Assembly: GCA_022825195.1 (NCBI GenBank)
Contig: JAJDYL010000064.1
Coordinates: 807 to 64,806, forward strand
Direction: 5' to 3'
From: Alphaproteobacteria bacterium
Lineage (GTDB): Bacteria; Pseudomonadota; Alphaproteobacteria; Bin95
Length of the DNA stretch: 64,000 nt
The notes under the pieces were generated by a model that searched no databases, was not told where the DNA came from, and was given only the letters and a program-made list of their open reading frames with translations. Numbering within the stretch: position 1 is the first letter of the stretch; every line of letters begins with the position of its first letter. Made by a program: the position numbers and the translations under genes. Below, piece after piece: positions 23,827-33,578 of the stretch.

Positions 23827-24987
23827 ATGGTTATCCACCCCCCCAGGCCGGACGGCGCCACGGCCGCCCTGGTCCTGGCCGACGGCGCCGTATTCTGGGG
23901 CCGGGGCTTCGGCGCGGAGGGTGCGGCGGTCGGCGAGGTCTGCTTCAACACCTCCCCGACCGGCTATCAGGAAATCCTGACCGACCCCTCCTATGCCGGA
24001 CAGATCGTCACCTTCACCTTCCCGCATATCGGCAATGTCGGCGCCAACGGCGAGGACGTGGAGTCCGGCGTTCCGGCCGCGCGCGGCCTCGTGCTGCGGA
24101 TGGACCCGACGGAGCCTTCCAACTTCCGCGCGACCCGCCGGCTCGAAGACTGGCTGGCGAGCAGCGGCCTCGTCGGCGTCGCGGGAATCGATACTCGCGC
24201 GCTGACCCGGAGGATCCGCAGCGCCGGGGCGCCCAACGGCACGGTCGTGCACGCCCCGGACGGACATATCGACATCGAGGCCGCCGTCGGCCGCGCCGCC
24301 GCGTGGCCGGGTCTGGAAGGCATGGACCTCGCGCGGGAAGTCACCTGCCGGCAGACCTACCGCTGGGACCGGACCCGCTGGGCGCTCGGCCGCGGCTACG
24401 GCCGGCTGGAGCGCCCGGCACGCCACGTCGTCGCCGTCGATTTCGGCGTCAAGCACAATATCCTGCGCTGCCTTGCGGACCTTGGTTCGGCCGTGACCGT
24501 CGTGCCCGCGGAAACGGACGCGGACGCCATTCTGGCGCTGGAGCCGGACGGCGTCTTTCTCGCCAACGGCCCGGGCGACCCCGCGGCTACCGGCGTCTAT
24601 GCGACCGGAACCGTCCGCGCGCTCATCGAGAGCGGCAAGCCGATCTTCGGCATCTGCCTCGGCCACCAGATACTGGCGCTGGCGCTCGGCGCGACGACGG
24701 CGAAAATGGCCATCGGCCATCGTGGCGCCAACCATCCCGTTAAGGACCTGGAGACCGGCAAGGTCGAGATCACCAGCCAGAATCACGGTTTCGCCGTGCT
24801 GAGAGAGAGCCTGCCGCCGGGTGTGGTCGAGACACACCGTTCCCTGTTCGACGGGTCTGTGGAAGGACTGCGCGCGGAGGGCCGCCCGGTCTTCTCGGTG
24901 CAATACCACCCGGAAGCCTCGCCGGGGCCGAGAGACGCCCATTACCTGTTCCGGCGCTTCACTGACATGATGGACGCCCATGCCTAG
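23827..24987 (+). CDS. carA: Carbamoyl-phosphate synthase small (glutamine amidotransferase) subunit
   Basis: ..[11 protein letters not shown].. (GATase catalytic Cys), ..[12 protein letters not shown]; 386 aa. Confidence 0.9.
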   Translation: MVIHPPRPDGATAALVLADGAVFWGRGFGAEGAAVGEVCFNTSPTGYQEILTDPSYAGQIVTFTFPHIGNVGANGEDVESGVPAARGLVLRMDPTEPSNFRATRRLEDWLASSGLVGVAGIDTRALTRRIRSAGAPNGTVVHAPDGHIDIEAAVGRAAAWPGLEGMDLAREVTCRQTYRWDRTRWALGRGYGRLERPARHVVAVDFGVKHNILRCLADLGSAVTVVPAETDADAILALEPDGVFLANGPGDPAATGVYATGTVRALIESGKPIFGICLGHQILALALGATTAKMAIGHRGANHPVKDLETGKVEITSQNHGFAVLRESLPPGVVETHRSLFDGSVEGLRAEGRPVFSVQYHPEASPGPRDAHYLFRRFTDMMDAHA

Positions 24988-27900
24988 ACGCAACGATATC
25001 GGCTCCATCCTCATCGTCGGAGCCGGCCCCATCGTGATCGGCCAGGCCTGCGAGTTCGACTATTCCGGCACCCAGGCCTGCAAGGCGCTGAGGGAAGAGG
25101 GCTACCGGATCGTCCTGGTCAACTCCAATCCGGCGACGATCATGACCGACCCGGACCTGGCCGACGCGACCTATGTGGAACCGATCACGCCCGAGCTCGT
25201 CGAGCGGGTCATCGAGTGCGAGCGGCCGGACGCGCTGCTGGCCACCATGGGCGGGCAGACGGCGTTGAACACGGCGATGGCGCTCGCCGACAACGGCGCG
25301 CTCGACCGTTGGGGGGTGGAGCTGATCGGCGCCGACCGGACCGTTATTGCCAGGGCCGAGGACCGGGAGCTGTTTCGCGAGGCGATGCACGAGATCGGCC
25401 TCGAAACGCCCCGCGGCGCGCTGGTGGGCGACATGGATGCGGCGCGGCGCGCCATGCGGGAGATCGGCCTGCCGCTCATCATCCGTCCCTCCTTCACGCT
25501 CGGCGGCACGGGCGGCGGCGTCGCCTACAATCCGGAGGAGTTCGAGCGGATCGTCCAGGGCGGGCTCGATGCCTCGCCCGTAGGCGAGGTGCTGGTCGAG
25601 GAGTCGGTTCTCGGCTGGAAGGAATATGAGATGGAGGTCGTCCGCGACCGGGCGGACAACTGCATCATCGTGTGCTCCATCGAGAATGTCGATCCGATGG
25701 GCGTGCATACCGGCGACTCGGTGACGGTGGCGCCGGCGCTTACCCTCACCGACAAGGAATACCAACTGCTGCGCGACGCCTCGATCGCCTGCCTGCGCAA
25801 GATCGGCGTCGATACCGGCGGTTCGAACGTCCAGTTCGCCGTCGATCCCGAGGACGGCCGGTTGGTCGTGATCGAGATGAATCCGCGCGTCTCGCGCTCG
25901 TCGGCGCTTGCCTCCAAGGCGACGGGCTTCCCGATTGCCAAAGTGGCGGCCAAGCTCGCCGTTGGCTACACGCTGGACGAGCTGCAAAACGACATCACGC
26001 AGACGACGCCGGCCTCCTTCGAGCCCGTCATCGACTATGTCGTCACCAAGGTGCCGCGCTTCACCTTCGAGAAATTCCCCGGCGCCGAGCCGCTGCTCAC
26101 CACTTCGATGAAATCGGTCGGCGAGGCGATGGCCATCGGGCGATGCTTCTCCGAGTCGCTGCAAAAGGCGCTGCGCTCGATGGAGACCGGGCTGACCGGC
26201 CTCAACGAGATCGAAATTCCGGGCGCGCCCGCGGTGGACGCCATCGTGCAGCTCCTGTCCGAGCCCAGGCCCGACCGGCTGCTGGTCATCGCGCAGGCCT
26301 TCCGCCACGGCCTCGACCGGGAACGCATCCGCCGGGCCTGCCAGTTCGACCCCTGGTTCCTGGAGCAGATCGAAGCGCTGGTCCGCGTCGAGGAGGAGCT
26401 GCGCGCCGGGGGCCTGCCGGAGGCCGCGCAGGGTCTCCAGGCCGTCAAGCAGCTCGGTTTTTCCGATGCGCGCCTCGGCGAATTGACCGGGCTGGACGAG
26501 ACCGAAGTGGCGGCCCGGCGCCGCGCGCTCGGCCTCGCGCCGGTTTACAAGCGCATCGATACCTGCGCCGCCGAATTCGCCTCCGCGACCCCCTACATGT
26601 ATTCGACATGGGAGGGGACGGGGCTTGCGCCTGCGGAGTGCGAGGCCGATCCGGCCGAGCACCGCAAGATCATGATTCTCGGCGGCGGCCCCAACCGCAT
26701 CGGGCAGGGTATCGAGTTCGACTATTGCTGTGTCCACGCCGTGTTCGCTCTCAGCGAGGCGGGCTACGAGACCATCATGGTCAACTGCAACCCGGAGACG
26801 GTTTCCACCGACTACGACACGGCGGACCGGCTCTATTTCGAGCCGTTGACGGCCGAGGACGTCATCGAGATCGCCCGGGTCGAAGGCGGGCGCGGCGAAC
26901 TGGTCGGCGCCGTGGTGCAATTCGGTGGGCAAACGCCGCTCAAGCTCGCTTCTGCGCTGGCGGATGCGGGCATTCCCATACTCGGCACCTCGCCGGACGC
27001 CATCGACCTTGCCGAGGACCGGGAGCGCTTCCAGGGCCTGCTCTCGGAGCTGGGCCTCAGCCAGCCTGAAAACGGCGTTGCCGTCTCCGCCGGGGAAGCG
27101 GCCGCCATCGCGGATCGGATCGGCTATCCGGTGCTGCTCCGGCCCTCCTACGTGCTGGGCGGACGAGCGATGGAGATCGTCCACGACCGGCCGGCACTCG
27201 ACCGCTATATCCGGGTTGCGGTGGAAGTCTCGGGGGCGAGCCCGGTGCTGGTGGACCGCTATCTCCGCGATGCGACCGAAGTGGACGTGGATGCGCTCTG
27301 CGACGGCCGGAACGTGGTCGTCACCGGCGTGATGCAGCATATCGAGGAAGCAGGCGTGCATTCCGGCGATTCGGCCTGCTCGCTTCCGCCGCACTCGCTT
27401 GCGCGCGAGACCATCGCCGGGATCGAGCGCCAGACGGAGGCGCTGGCCCGGGCGCTTGGCGTCGTCGGCCTGATGAATGTCCAGTTCGCCGTCACGCACG
27501 GGCCGGAGGGCGACCGGATCTACATTCTGGAAGTGAACCCGCGCGCCAGCCGGACGGTGCCGTTCGTCGCCAAGGCCACCGGCGTGCCGGTCGCCAAGAT
27601 CGCCGCCCGGTTGATGGTCGGCGAGCCGCTCGACGCCTTCCCGAGGCCCGAGGCGCCGGGGCATATCGCGGTCAAGGAAGCGGTCTTCCCCTTCGCACGG
27701 TTCCCCGGCGTGGACACCGTGCTCGGCCCCGAGATGAAATCGACGGGCGAGGTTATGGGCATCGACACGGATTTCGCGCGCGCCTTCGCCAAGGCGCAGC
27801 TCGGGGCCGGGGTGACGCTGCCCGGCGGCGGCACGGCATTCGTCTCGGTGCGGGACAGCGACAAGCCGGGCGCGGTCGAGGTCGCCCGGATGCTGGCCAC

Positions 27901-28237
27901 CGGCGGGTTCCGGCTGATCGCGACCGGCGGCACGGCCCGCGTGCTGAAGGCGGAGGGCCTGGAAGTCCATGTGGTCAAGAAGGTGCTCGAAGGCCGGCCG
28001 CATATCGTGGACGCCATCAAGAGCGGTGAGGTACAACTGGTCATCAACACGAGCGAAGGCGCAGCCGCGCTCCGGGACAGCTACAGTCTGCGCCGCGAGA
28101 CGCTGAACCGCCGCGTTCCCTATTTCACCACGCTCGCCGGCGCGCACGCCGCAGCCCGCGCCATCGCGGCGCTCGAGGCCGCCCGCCTTGAAGTGGCCCC
28201 CTTGCAATCTTATTTTGACGGGTCGTTCCGGCTCTGA
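24980..28237 (+). CDS. carB: Carbamoyl-phosphate synthase large subunit
   Basis: 1085 aa, duplicated ATP-grasp domains, MGS-like C-terminus; start overlaps carA stop by 8 nt. Confidence 0.95.
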   Translation: MPRRNDIGSILIVGAGPIVIGQACEFDYSGTQACKALREEGYRIVLVNSNPATIMTDPDLADATYVEPITPELVERVIECERPDALLATMGGQTALNTAMALADNGALDRWGVELIGADRTVIARAEDRELFREAMHEIGLETPRGALVGDMDAARRAMREIGLPLIIRPSFTLGGTGGGVAYNPEEFERIVQGGLDASPVGEVLVEESVLGWKEYEMEVVRDRADNCIIVCSIENVDPMGVHTGDSVTVAPALTLTDKEYQLLRDASIACLRKIGVDTGGSNVQFAVDPEDGRLVVIEMNPRVSRSSALASKATGFPIAKVAAKLAVGYTLDELQNDITQTTPASFEPVIDYVVTKVPRFTFEKFPGAEPLLTTSMKSVGEAMAIGRCFSESLQKALRSMETGLTGLNEIEIPGAPAVDAIVQLLSEPRPDRLLVIAQAFRHGLDRERIRRACQFDPWFLEQIEALVRVEEELRAGGLPEAAQGLQAVKQLGFSDARLGELTGLDETEVAARRRALGLAPVYKRIDTCAAEFASATPYMYSTWEGTGLAPAECEADPAEHRKIMILGGGPNRIGQGIEFDYCCVHAVFALSEAGYETIMVNCNPETVSTDYDTADRLYFEPLTAEDVIEIARVEGGRGELVGAVVQFGGQTPLKLASALADAGIPILGTSPDAIDLAEDRERFQGLLSELGLSQPENGVAVSAGEAAAIADRIGYPVLLRPSYVLGGRAMEIVHDRPALDRYIRVAVEVSGASPVLVDRYLRDATEVDVDALCDGRNVVVTGVMQHIEEAGVHSGDSACSLPPHSLARETIAGIERQTEALARALGVVGLMNVQFAVTHGPEGDRIYILEVNPRASRTVPFVAKATGVPVAKIAARLMVGEPLDAFPRPEAPGHIAVKEAVFPFARFPGVDTVLGPEMKSTGEVMGIDTDFARAFAKAQLGAGVTLPGGGTAFVSVRDSDKPGAVEVARMLATGGFRLIATGGTARVLKAEGLEVHVVKKVLEGRPHIVDAIKSGEVQLVINTSEGAAALRDSYSLRRETLNRRVPYFTTLAGAHAAARAIAALEAARLEVAPLQSYFDGSFRL

Positions 28238-28269
28238 TTCGATGCGTTGCGCAAGGGAAATTGGCTGAG

Positions 28270-28743
28270 ATGGACAAGGTGCCGATGACGCCCGAAGGCT
28301 ACCGGCGGCTGGAGGAGGAGCTGCGGCGACTCCGGACCGTCGAACGGCCGGCCGTAGTGCGCGCGATTGCCCAGGCCCGCGAGCACGGGGACCTCTCCGA
28401 GAACGCCGAATACCACGCGGCCCGTGACCGGCAGTCCTTCATCGAGGGGCGCATGGCGGAACTCGAGGACAAGGTCTCACGGGCGGAAGTGATCGATCCT
28501 GCGCAGATTTCCGGCGACAAGGTGATGTTCAGCGCACAGGTGACGGTCGTGGACGAGGAGAGCGACGAGGAGTCCTGCTACCGCATCGTCGGCCAGGACG
28601 AGAGCGATATCGCCGAAGGCCGGCTCTCCATCGCCTCGCCGCTCGCGCGGGCGATGATCGGCAAGTCGGTCGGCGACCAGATCGAGGTCGATGCGCCGGG
28701 CGGCGCGCGCTACTACGAGATATTGAAGATCGACTACGCCTGA
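28270..28743 (+). CDS. greA: Transcription elongation factor GreA
   Basis: MDKVPMTPEGYRRLEEELRRL..GDLSENAEYHAARD..; ATG 28270 preferred over TTG 28261. Confidence 0.9.
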   Translation: MDKVPMTPEGYRRLEEELRRLRTVERPAVVRAIAQAREHGDLSENAEYHAARDRQSFIEGRMAELEDKVSRAEVIDPAQISGDKVMFSAQVTVVDEESDEESCYRIVGQDESDIAEGRLSIASPLARAMIGKSVGDQIEVDAPGGARYYEILKIDYA

Positions 28744-28744
28744 G

Positions 28745-28770
28745 CCGGCCGCGCGGGCCGCGGCCGATGT
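28745..28770 (+). terminator. GC-rich hairpin after greA (possible terminator, no U-run)
   Basis: cggccgcg-cgggc-cgcggccg, 8-bp stem immediately after greA stop. Confidence 0.25.
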
Positions 28771-28927
28771 CCTCCGATACTGTCATATCCCGGATATTCC
28801 GGCGGGAGGCCGAGGCATTCGATCATGGAAGACGACCGGGTTCCGAATATCGCGAACCCGTTGGCTCGAGGCAGCGATCCGGAAACCGGCCCCTCCGGCG
28901 AGAAGCGAGTGACCGACGGCGCAACCG

Positions 28928-29599
28928 TCACCACGGAATCGTGCGCCCCCGCCAGTCGAGGAAGGCGCCGGACTGGCGGTCGGTGAGCCTCTCGGCGATG
29001 CGGCGCATGCCGCGCGCGCTTTCCTCCGGCGTCACCGGGGCGTGCGCGCCGCCCATGTCGGTGGCGACATGGCCCGGATGCAGGATGGCGACGCGCACCC
29101 GGCCCGCCAGCTCCAGCGCGAAGGTGCGCGCCGCCATATTGAGTCCCGCCTTGGAGCTGCTGTAGGCATAGCGGCGCACGCCTGCCGCCTGCGAAATCGA
29201 GCCCAGCTGGCTCGTCACGAAGGCGACGGTGCGCCGCTCGCTGGCCGCGACATGGCCGGCGAAGGCCGCCGCGAACGCCACCGGCGCGATCGTGTTGACG
29301 CGCAGGCAGTACGCCCATTCCTGCGTGTCGAGCCGGGCGAGCGAGCGGGTGCCCGGCGAGTCGACGCCGGCATTGTTCCAGAGCAGGTCGATGCGCTCGT
29401 CCCGCCAGCGTTCCGCGAGCGCGGCAATGCCGTCATCGTCGGTGACATCGAGGCGGGCCGCATCGGCGATGCCGTCGAGGCCGGCCAGCGCCGCCGGATC
29501 GCGGCAGACCGCCAGCACCCGCCAGCCGTCGGCCAGATAGCCGCTTGCCAGCGCGCGGCCGATGCCGCGCGCCGCACCGGTAATCAGGGCCGTGGGCAC
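28928..29599 (-). CDS. SDR family oxidoreductase (short form, GTG start)
   Basis: VPTALITGAARGIGRALASG..LWNNAG..YAYSSSKAGLN; only in-frame start preceding the Rossmann motif is GTG at 29599 (16-nt overlap with RidA gene). Confidence 0.7.
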   Translation of the reverse strand: MPTALITGAARGIGRALASGYLADGWRVLAVCRDPAALAGLDGIADAARLDVTDDDGIAALAERWRDERIDLLWNNAGVDSPGTRSLARLDTQEWAYCLRVNTIAPVAFAAAFAGHVAASERRTVAFVTSQLGSISQAAGVRRYAYSSSKAGLNMAARTFALELAGRVRVAILHPGHVATDMGGAHAPVTPEESARGMRRIAERLTDRQSGAFLDWRGRTIPW

Positions 29600-29973
29600 T
29601 GCGCCGTGACTTCGATCTCGATCTTCATGGCGGGATCGACCAGCCCGGCGACGACGACGGCCGTGGCGGCCGGGCGGATATCGCCGAACGCCTCGCCGAA
29701 CACCGGCATGAGTGCGGGAAAATCCCCGGCGTCGGTCAGGTAGTAGGTGACGCGCACGACATCCTCGAAACCGGCCCCGGCCTCCGCCAGGGCCGCCCCG
29801 ATAATGGCGAAGGCGAGGCGCGCCTGCTCGACGACGTCCTCGGGAATCGCCCCTGTTCCGGGGTCCGCCCCGGTCGTGCCGGCGACGTGAACCCAGCCGT
29901 CCTGGACCACGGCGCGGGAGTAGCCGGCGGCCGCCTCGAAGCGGCCGCCGGAGGAGATCAGCCGGCGGGTCAA
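29584..29973 (-). CDS. RidA/YjgF family reactive-intermediate deaminase
   Basis: 129 aa ..YSRAVVQDGWVHVAGTTG..VVRVTYYLTD..; start overlaps thiolase stop (ATGA). Confidence 0.85.
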   Translation of the reverse strand: MTRRLISSGGRFEAAAGYSRAVVQDGWVHVAGTTGADPGTGAIPEDVVEQARLAFAIIGAALAEAGAGFEDVVRVTYYLTDAGDFPALMPVFGEAFGDIRPAATAVVVAGLVDPAMKIEIEVTAQCPRP

Positions 29974-31157
29974 GCCGCGCGTTCGATGGCCATGGCCGTC
30001 GCCTCGCCGCCGCCGATGCAGATGGCCGCGACGCCCTTCCGCGCGCCGTTCTTCTGCATGGCGTTGATGAGCGTCGCCACGATCCGCGCGCCGGACGCGC
30101 CGACCGGGTGGCCGAGGGCGCAGGCGCCGCCATGGACGTTCACCTTGTCGGCCGGCAGCGCGAACTCGCGCATCGCCGCCATCGGCACCACCGCGAAGGC
30201 CTCGTTGATCTCGTAGAACTCGACCTCGTCCTTGTCCCAGCCGGTCTTCTCGAACAGCTTCTGCATGGCGCCGACAGGCGCGGTCGTGAACCAGCGCGGC
30301 TCCTGGCTGTGCGAGGTATGCGCGACGATGGTGGCGAGCGGCGCGAGCCCCCGGCGCTCGGCCTCGGACCGGCGCATCAGCACCAGCGCGGCCGCCCCGT
30401 CGGAAATCGAGCTGGAATTGGCCGGCGTCACCGACCCGTCCTTGGCGAAGGCGGGCCTCAGGCTCGGAATCTTCCCGATATTGGCGGTGAAGGGCTGCTC
30501 GTCCTGCTCCACGACCGTCTCGCCGCGCCGCGTCTTCACCGTCATCGGCACCATCTCGCCGGCGAAGGTGCCGTCCTCGTTCGCCGTGCGGGCGCGGTTC
30601 AGCGACCGGATCGCGAATTCGTCCTGCTCCTCGCGGGTGAACTGGAAGTGCCGCGCCGTCTCCTCGGCGAAGTGGCCCATGAGCGCGCCCGGCTCGTAGG
30701 CGTCCTCAAGGCCGTCAAGGAACATGGCGTCCTCGAACCGGCCGTGGCCCATGCGCATGCCGGCGCGCGCCTTCTCCACCATGTAGGGTACGTTGGTCAT
30801 GCTCTCGAAGCCGCCCGAGACCATGACATCGTTGGTGCCCGCGAGCAGCAGGTCGTGGCTCAGCATGGTGGCCTTCATGCCGGAGCCGCAGAGCTTGTTG
30901 ATCGTGGTGGCGCCCGCCGATTTCGGGATGCCGGCATGGATGGCGGCCTGGCGGGCCGGCCCCTGGCGCTGGCCGTGCGGCAGCACGCAGCCGAGGATCA
31001 CCTCGTCCACATCCTCGGCCGCCACGCCCGCGCTCTCCAGCGCGCCGGTGATCGCGCGGGTGCCGAGTTCCGGCCCCGTCGCATCCTTGAGCACGCCCTG
31101 GAAGCTCCCCATCGGCGTGCGCGCCATGCCCACAATGACGACCGGATCCGCGTTCAT
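29970..31157 (-). CDS. Acetyl-CoA C-acetyltransferase (thiolase II)
   Basis: ..INKLCGSGMKA.. (active Cys), ..NVHGGACALGHPVGASGARI..; 395 aa. Confidence 0.9.
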   Translation of the reverse strand: MNADPVVIVGMARTPMGSFQGVLKDATGPELGTRAITGALESAGVAAEDVDEVILGCVLPHGQRQGPARQAAIHAGIPKSAGATTINKLCGSGMKATMLSHDLLLAGTNDVMVSGGFESMTNVPYMVEKARAGMRMGHGRFEDAMFLDGLEDAYEPGALMGHFAEETARHFQFTREEQDEFAIRSLNRARTANEDGTFAGEMVPMTVKTRRGETVVEQDEQPFTANIGKIPSLRPAFAKDGSVTPANSSSISDGAAALVLMRRSEAERRGLAPLATIVAHTSHSQEPRWFTTAPVGAMQKLFEKTGWDKDEVEFYEINEAFAVVPMAAMREFALPADKVNVHGGACALGHPVGASGARIVATLINAMQKNGARKGVAAICIGGGEATAMAIERAA

Positions 31158-31275
31158 CGCTCACTCCTTGTTGCAGTGCAGCATTCATCATAGGGCATCC
31201 GCCGCGCTTGTCAAAACCCTGGCGCAATCGGTCGCAGGCCGCAGGCCGCGCCGGGACCGGCTGCGGGCGCGCGTG

Positions 31276-31311
31276 CGGGCTTGACATCTTTCCTTGTTGT
31301 TCTATATATGT
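31276..31311 (+). promoter_or_regulatory. AT-rich island with near-consensus sigma70 promoter
   Basis: cTTGACAtctttccttgttgttcTATATAtg; TTGACA-N16-TATATA in otherwise GC-rich intergenic region. Confidence 0.3.
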
Positions 31312-31608
31312 TTCTTCAACCGTTGACCGGGCGAAAGAGGCCATGACCTGACGACCTGTCGGGAGCGGGCGCGCGGCGCGCCGCTCCGCCTGACGTTTCC
31401 AACCCGCGACGCCGGCGGCCGGGGCCAGACGGCAAGCGGGAGGGGTGCGGCCGCCGCGATGCGGGAAGCAGGGCCGCATTTCATCCAACCTGACCTTGAG
31501 GACGGCGGCGGTGCGGGCGGAATCGGCAGGGCGGCAGTCGGCGCGGCGGTTCGCTCGACCTGGCCGGGCAAGGACCCCGGCGCGGCATATGGAGAAGGAG
31601 GAGGAGCG

Positions 31609-32056
31609 ATGACGGACGGGAGAGCGGGCGGGCCGGAGGACGGGCTGCCGGGGCCGAGGCGGGGCCGGGCCGTGGGCGCGGACCTGCGGGGGCAGGCGGT
31701 GGCGGCGGTGGTGCGCCACGGCATGGGCGTCAGGGCCGCGGCCCGGCATTTCGGGCTCGGCGAGAAGTCCGTCCAGCGCTGGGTGAAGCAGTTCCGCGAG
31801 CGCGGCCATGTGCGGCCCGGCAGGCAGGGCGGCAGCCGCTCGCGGATCGAGCCCGAGCGGGAGCGGATCTTCCGCATCCTGGCGGCGCGGCCGGAGCTTT
31901 CCATATGCGGGCTGCGCGACGCGCTGGCCGCCGAGGGGCTGGCGTTCAGCACGGCGACGGTGCAGCGTTTCCTGAAACGCCACCGCCTGGAGCGCAAACG
32001 CCGCCTCGCCCGCCGGCGGCGCGACCGGGGGAAAGGCCCCGGCGCGGCGTCCGGCG
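31609..32056 (+). mobile_element. IS630-family transposase, N-terminal HTH domain only (truncated remnant; DDE domain absent)
   Basis: ..DLRGQAVAAVVRHGMGVRAAARHFGLGEKSVQRWVKQFRERGHVRPGRQGGSRSRIEPERERIFRILAARPELSICGLRDALAAEGLAFSTATVQRFLKRHRLERK matches IS630 N-terminal domain; strong RBS ggagaaggaggagga; frame then degenerates and overlaps rhodanese 3' end. Confidence 0.6.
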
Positions 32057-32923
32057 CTAACCCCGCGACGCCCGCCGGCTCCATTCCATCCAGGAGCCGT
32101 CATAGAGGCGCAGGCGCTCCACCGGATAGCCCATGAGGTAGAGCGCGAGCATCGGCGTGGCGGCGCGCACGCCCGAGTGGCAGTAGAAGATGTGGTCCTG
32201 TTCCGGGTCGAATCCGGCCTTGGCGAGCAATGCGCCGATTTCGGCGGCGGTGCGGAACTCTGCGGGCCGGCCTTCGTCCGCTCGGCGGAACGCGCGCCAG
32301 CCGATGAAGCGGGCTTCGCCGATGGGGCCGGTTCCCTTCCATTCCGGCGTGTCGCGCGCGTCCCAGAGATGCGCGCCCGCCTCCGGGCGGGCTTGCGCGA
32401 CCTCATCGAAACCGGCCGTCCAGCCGGCGAGGGCGGGCGCGGCGGTGAAATTTCCCTCTTCGGGAGGCGGCCGGCCGGGGCCGCGTTCGATCGCGTAGCC
32501 CGCCTCCGCCCAGGCCCGCCAGCCGCCGTCGAGCACCCGCACGTCGGCCTTGCCGTAGAGCCGGAACAGCCACCAGAGGCGCGCGGCGTCGTAGGCGTTG
32601 TCATAGACCACCACGGCGGTGTCGCCGTCGATGCCGAGTCCGCGCGCGAACGCCTGGAAACGCGCCCGGTCCGGCGCCATGCCGCCGCGGCCGGTATAGG
32701 CGCGGCGCGGCGCGTGGCGCGCGCCCGGAATGTGCCCGAGCAGCCAGGGCCTCTTGCCGACCGCCGCCAGCACGACGGGTTTCGGGCCGGGGCCGTCGAG
32801 CGCGGCCTTCAGTTCGGCAGGCGCAACCAGGGCATGGCCGCGCGGGAAACCCTTGTAGCGCTCCGCTCCCAGCGGTCCGGCCGCAAGCAGGAGGACGAGC
32901 GACAGGAGGGCGGTGCGGACCAT
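32057..32923 (-). CDS. Rhodanese-domain sulfurtransferase (tandem rhodanese, signal peptide)
   Basis: MVRTALLSLVLLLAAGPLGA..; ..FYCHSGVRAA.. catalytic Cys loop, ..YDGSWMEW; 288 aa. Confidence 0.85.
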   Translation of the reverse strand: MVRTALLSLVLLLAAGPLGAERYKGFPRGHALVAPAELKAALDGPGPKPVVLAAVGKRPWLLGHIPGARHAPRRAYTGRGGMAPDRARFQAFARGLGIDGDTAVVVYDNAYDAARLWWLFRLYGKADVRVLDGGWRAWAEAGYAIERGPGRPPPEEGNFTAAPALAGWTAGFDEVAQARPEAGAHLWDARDTPEWKGTGPIGEARFIGWRAFRRADEGRPAEFRTAAEIGALLAKAGFDPEQDHIFYCHSGVRAATPMLALYLMGYPVERLRLYDGSWMEWSRRASRG

Positions 32924-32957
32924 GGCGGCTGCTCTTCCCGGCGCCGGAGGAAGGCCT

Positions 32958-33320
32958 CTACAGGCCGCTGCCGAACATGTCGTACAGCATGGCGGCGACT
33001 TCGCCTTCGAGCGGGAAGGAGAGCATGCCGAGCACGGAATAGCCGAGCAGCCAGGGCATGGCGTAGAAGCGGAACAGGAAGAAGAACCAGGCGACGTAAA
33101 GCGGCACGACCGGGTCGATCAGGAAGCCCGGCGTGACCGGCCTGAAAACGCGCAGGATCGGGTCCGTCATCTTCACGAACGCCTTCATGAAGAAGAAGTC
33201 GGAGGTGACGGGAAGGAAGATGTTCATGGCGGCGCGGCCGACCAGGGTCCACATCGCTATGCCGAGAATGTAGTCCAGAAGCACCACCCAGCCGGGCAGC
33301 GCATGCGCGAGGCTATCCAC
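32958..33320 (-). CDS. yggT: YggT family membrane protein
   Basis: 120 aa, two hydrophobic halves, ..DPILRVFRPVTPGFLIDPVVPLYVAWFF.. Confidence 0.75.
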   Translation of the reverse strand: MDSLAHALPGWVVLLDYILGIAMWTLVGRAAMNIFLPVTSDFFFMKAFVKMTDPILRVFRPVTPGFLIDPVVPLYVAWFFFLFRFYAMPWLLGYSVLGMLSFPLEGEVAAMLYDMFGSGL

Positions 33321-33526
33321 GGCGCCCCACTACCGTCCCGACCGGAACGTGCCGGCGCTCTTGCAAGCTGTCCCCGCCCGTCCCCGTATCGTCATGCCTG
33401 AACGCCCCCGGATACCCGGAACAACTCCGGGCATGACGAGAAAAGGCGCGGCGGGAAGAGGCATGGCGGGAAAGGGGCGTTCGCGCATGATGCGGGAACG
33501 GCCGGACCGAGCGAGCCGGCGCGGCT

Positions 33527-33552
33527 GGAGGCGGGGCCGAAGCCCCGCCTCC
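33527..33552 (-). terminator. Perfect hairpin downstream of the symporter gene (ggaggcggggc-cgaa-gccccgcctcc)
   Basis: 11-bp GC stem, 4-nt loop, 27 nt past the symporter stop; no U-tract. Confidence 0.4.
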
Positions 33553-33578
33553 ATGAGCGCCTGAAGGCCGGTTGGCCG

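Noticed and set aside
24959-28207. 1082-aa minus-strand ORF mirroring carB
   Set aside because: Perfect antisense shadow of carB; no motifs
31609-32136. Calling an intact IS630 element
   Set aside because: Only the HTH N-terminal domain is recognisable; no DDE domain or obvious terminal inverted repeats, so reported as a remnant only
30715-32604. 629-aa minus-strand ORF across thiolase upstream region, IS630 fragment and rhodanese
   Set aside because: Different frame from rhodanese; low-complexity; explained by GC skew
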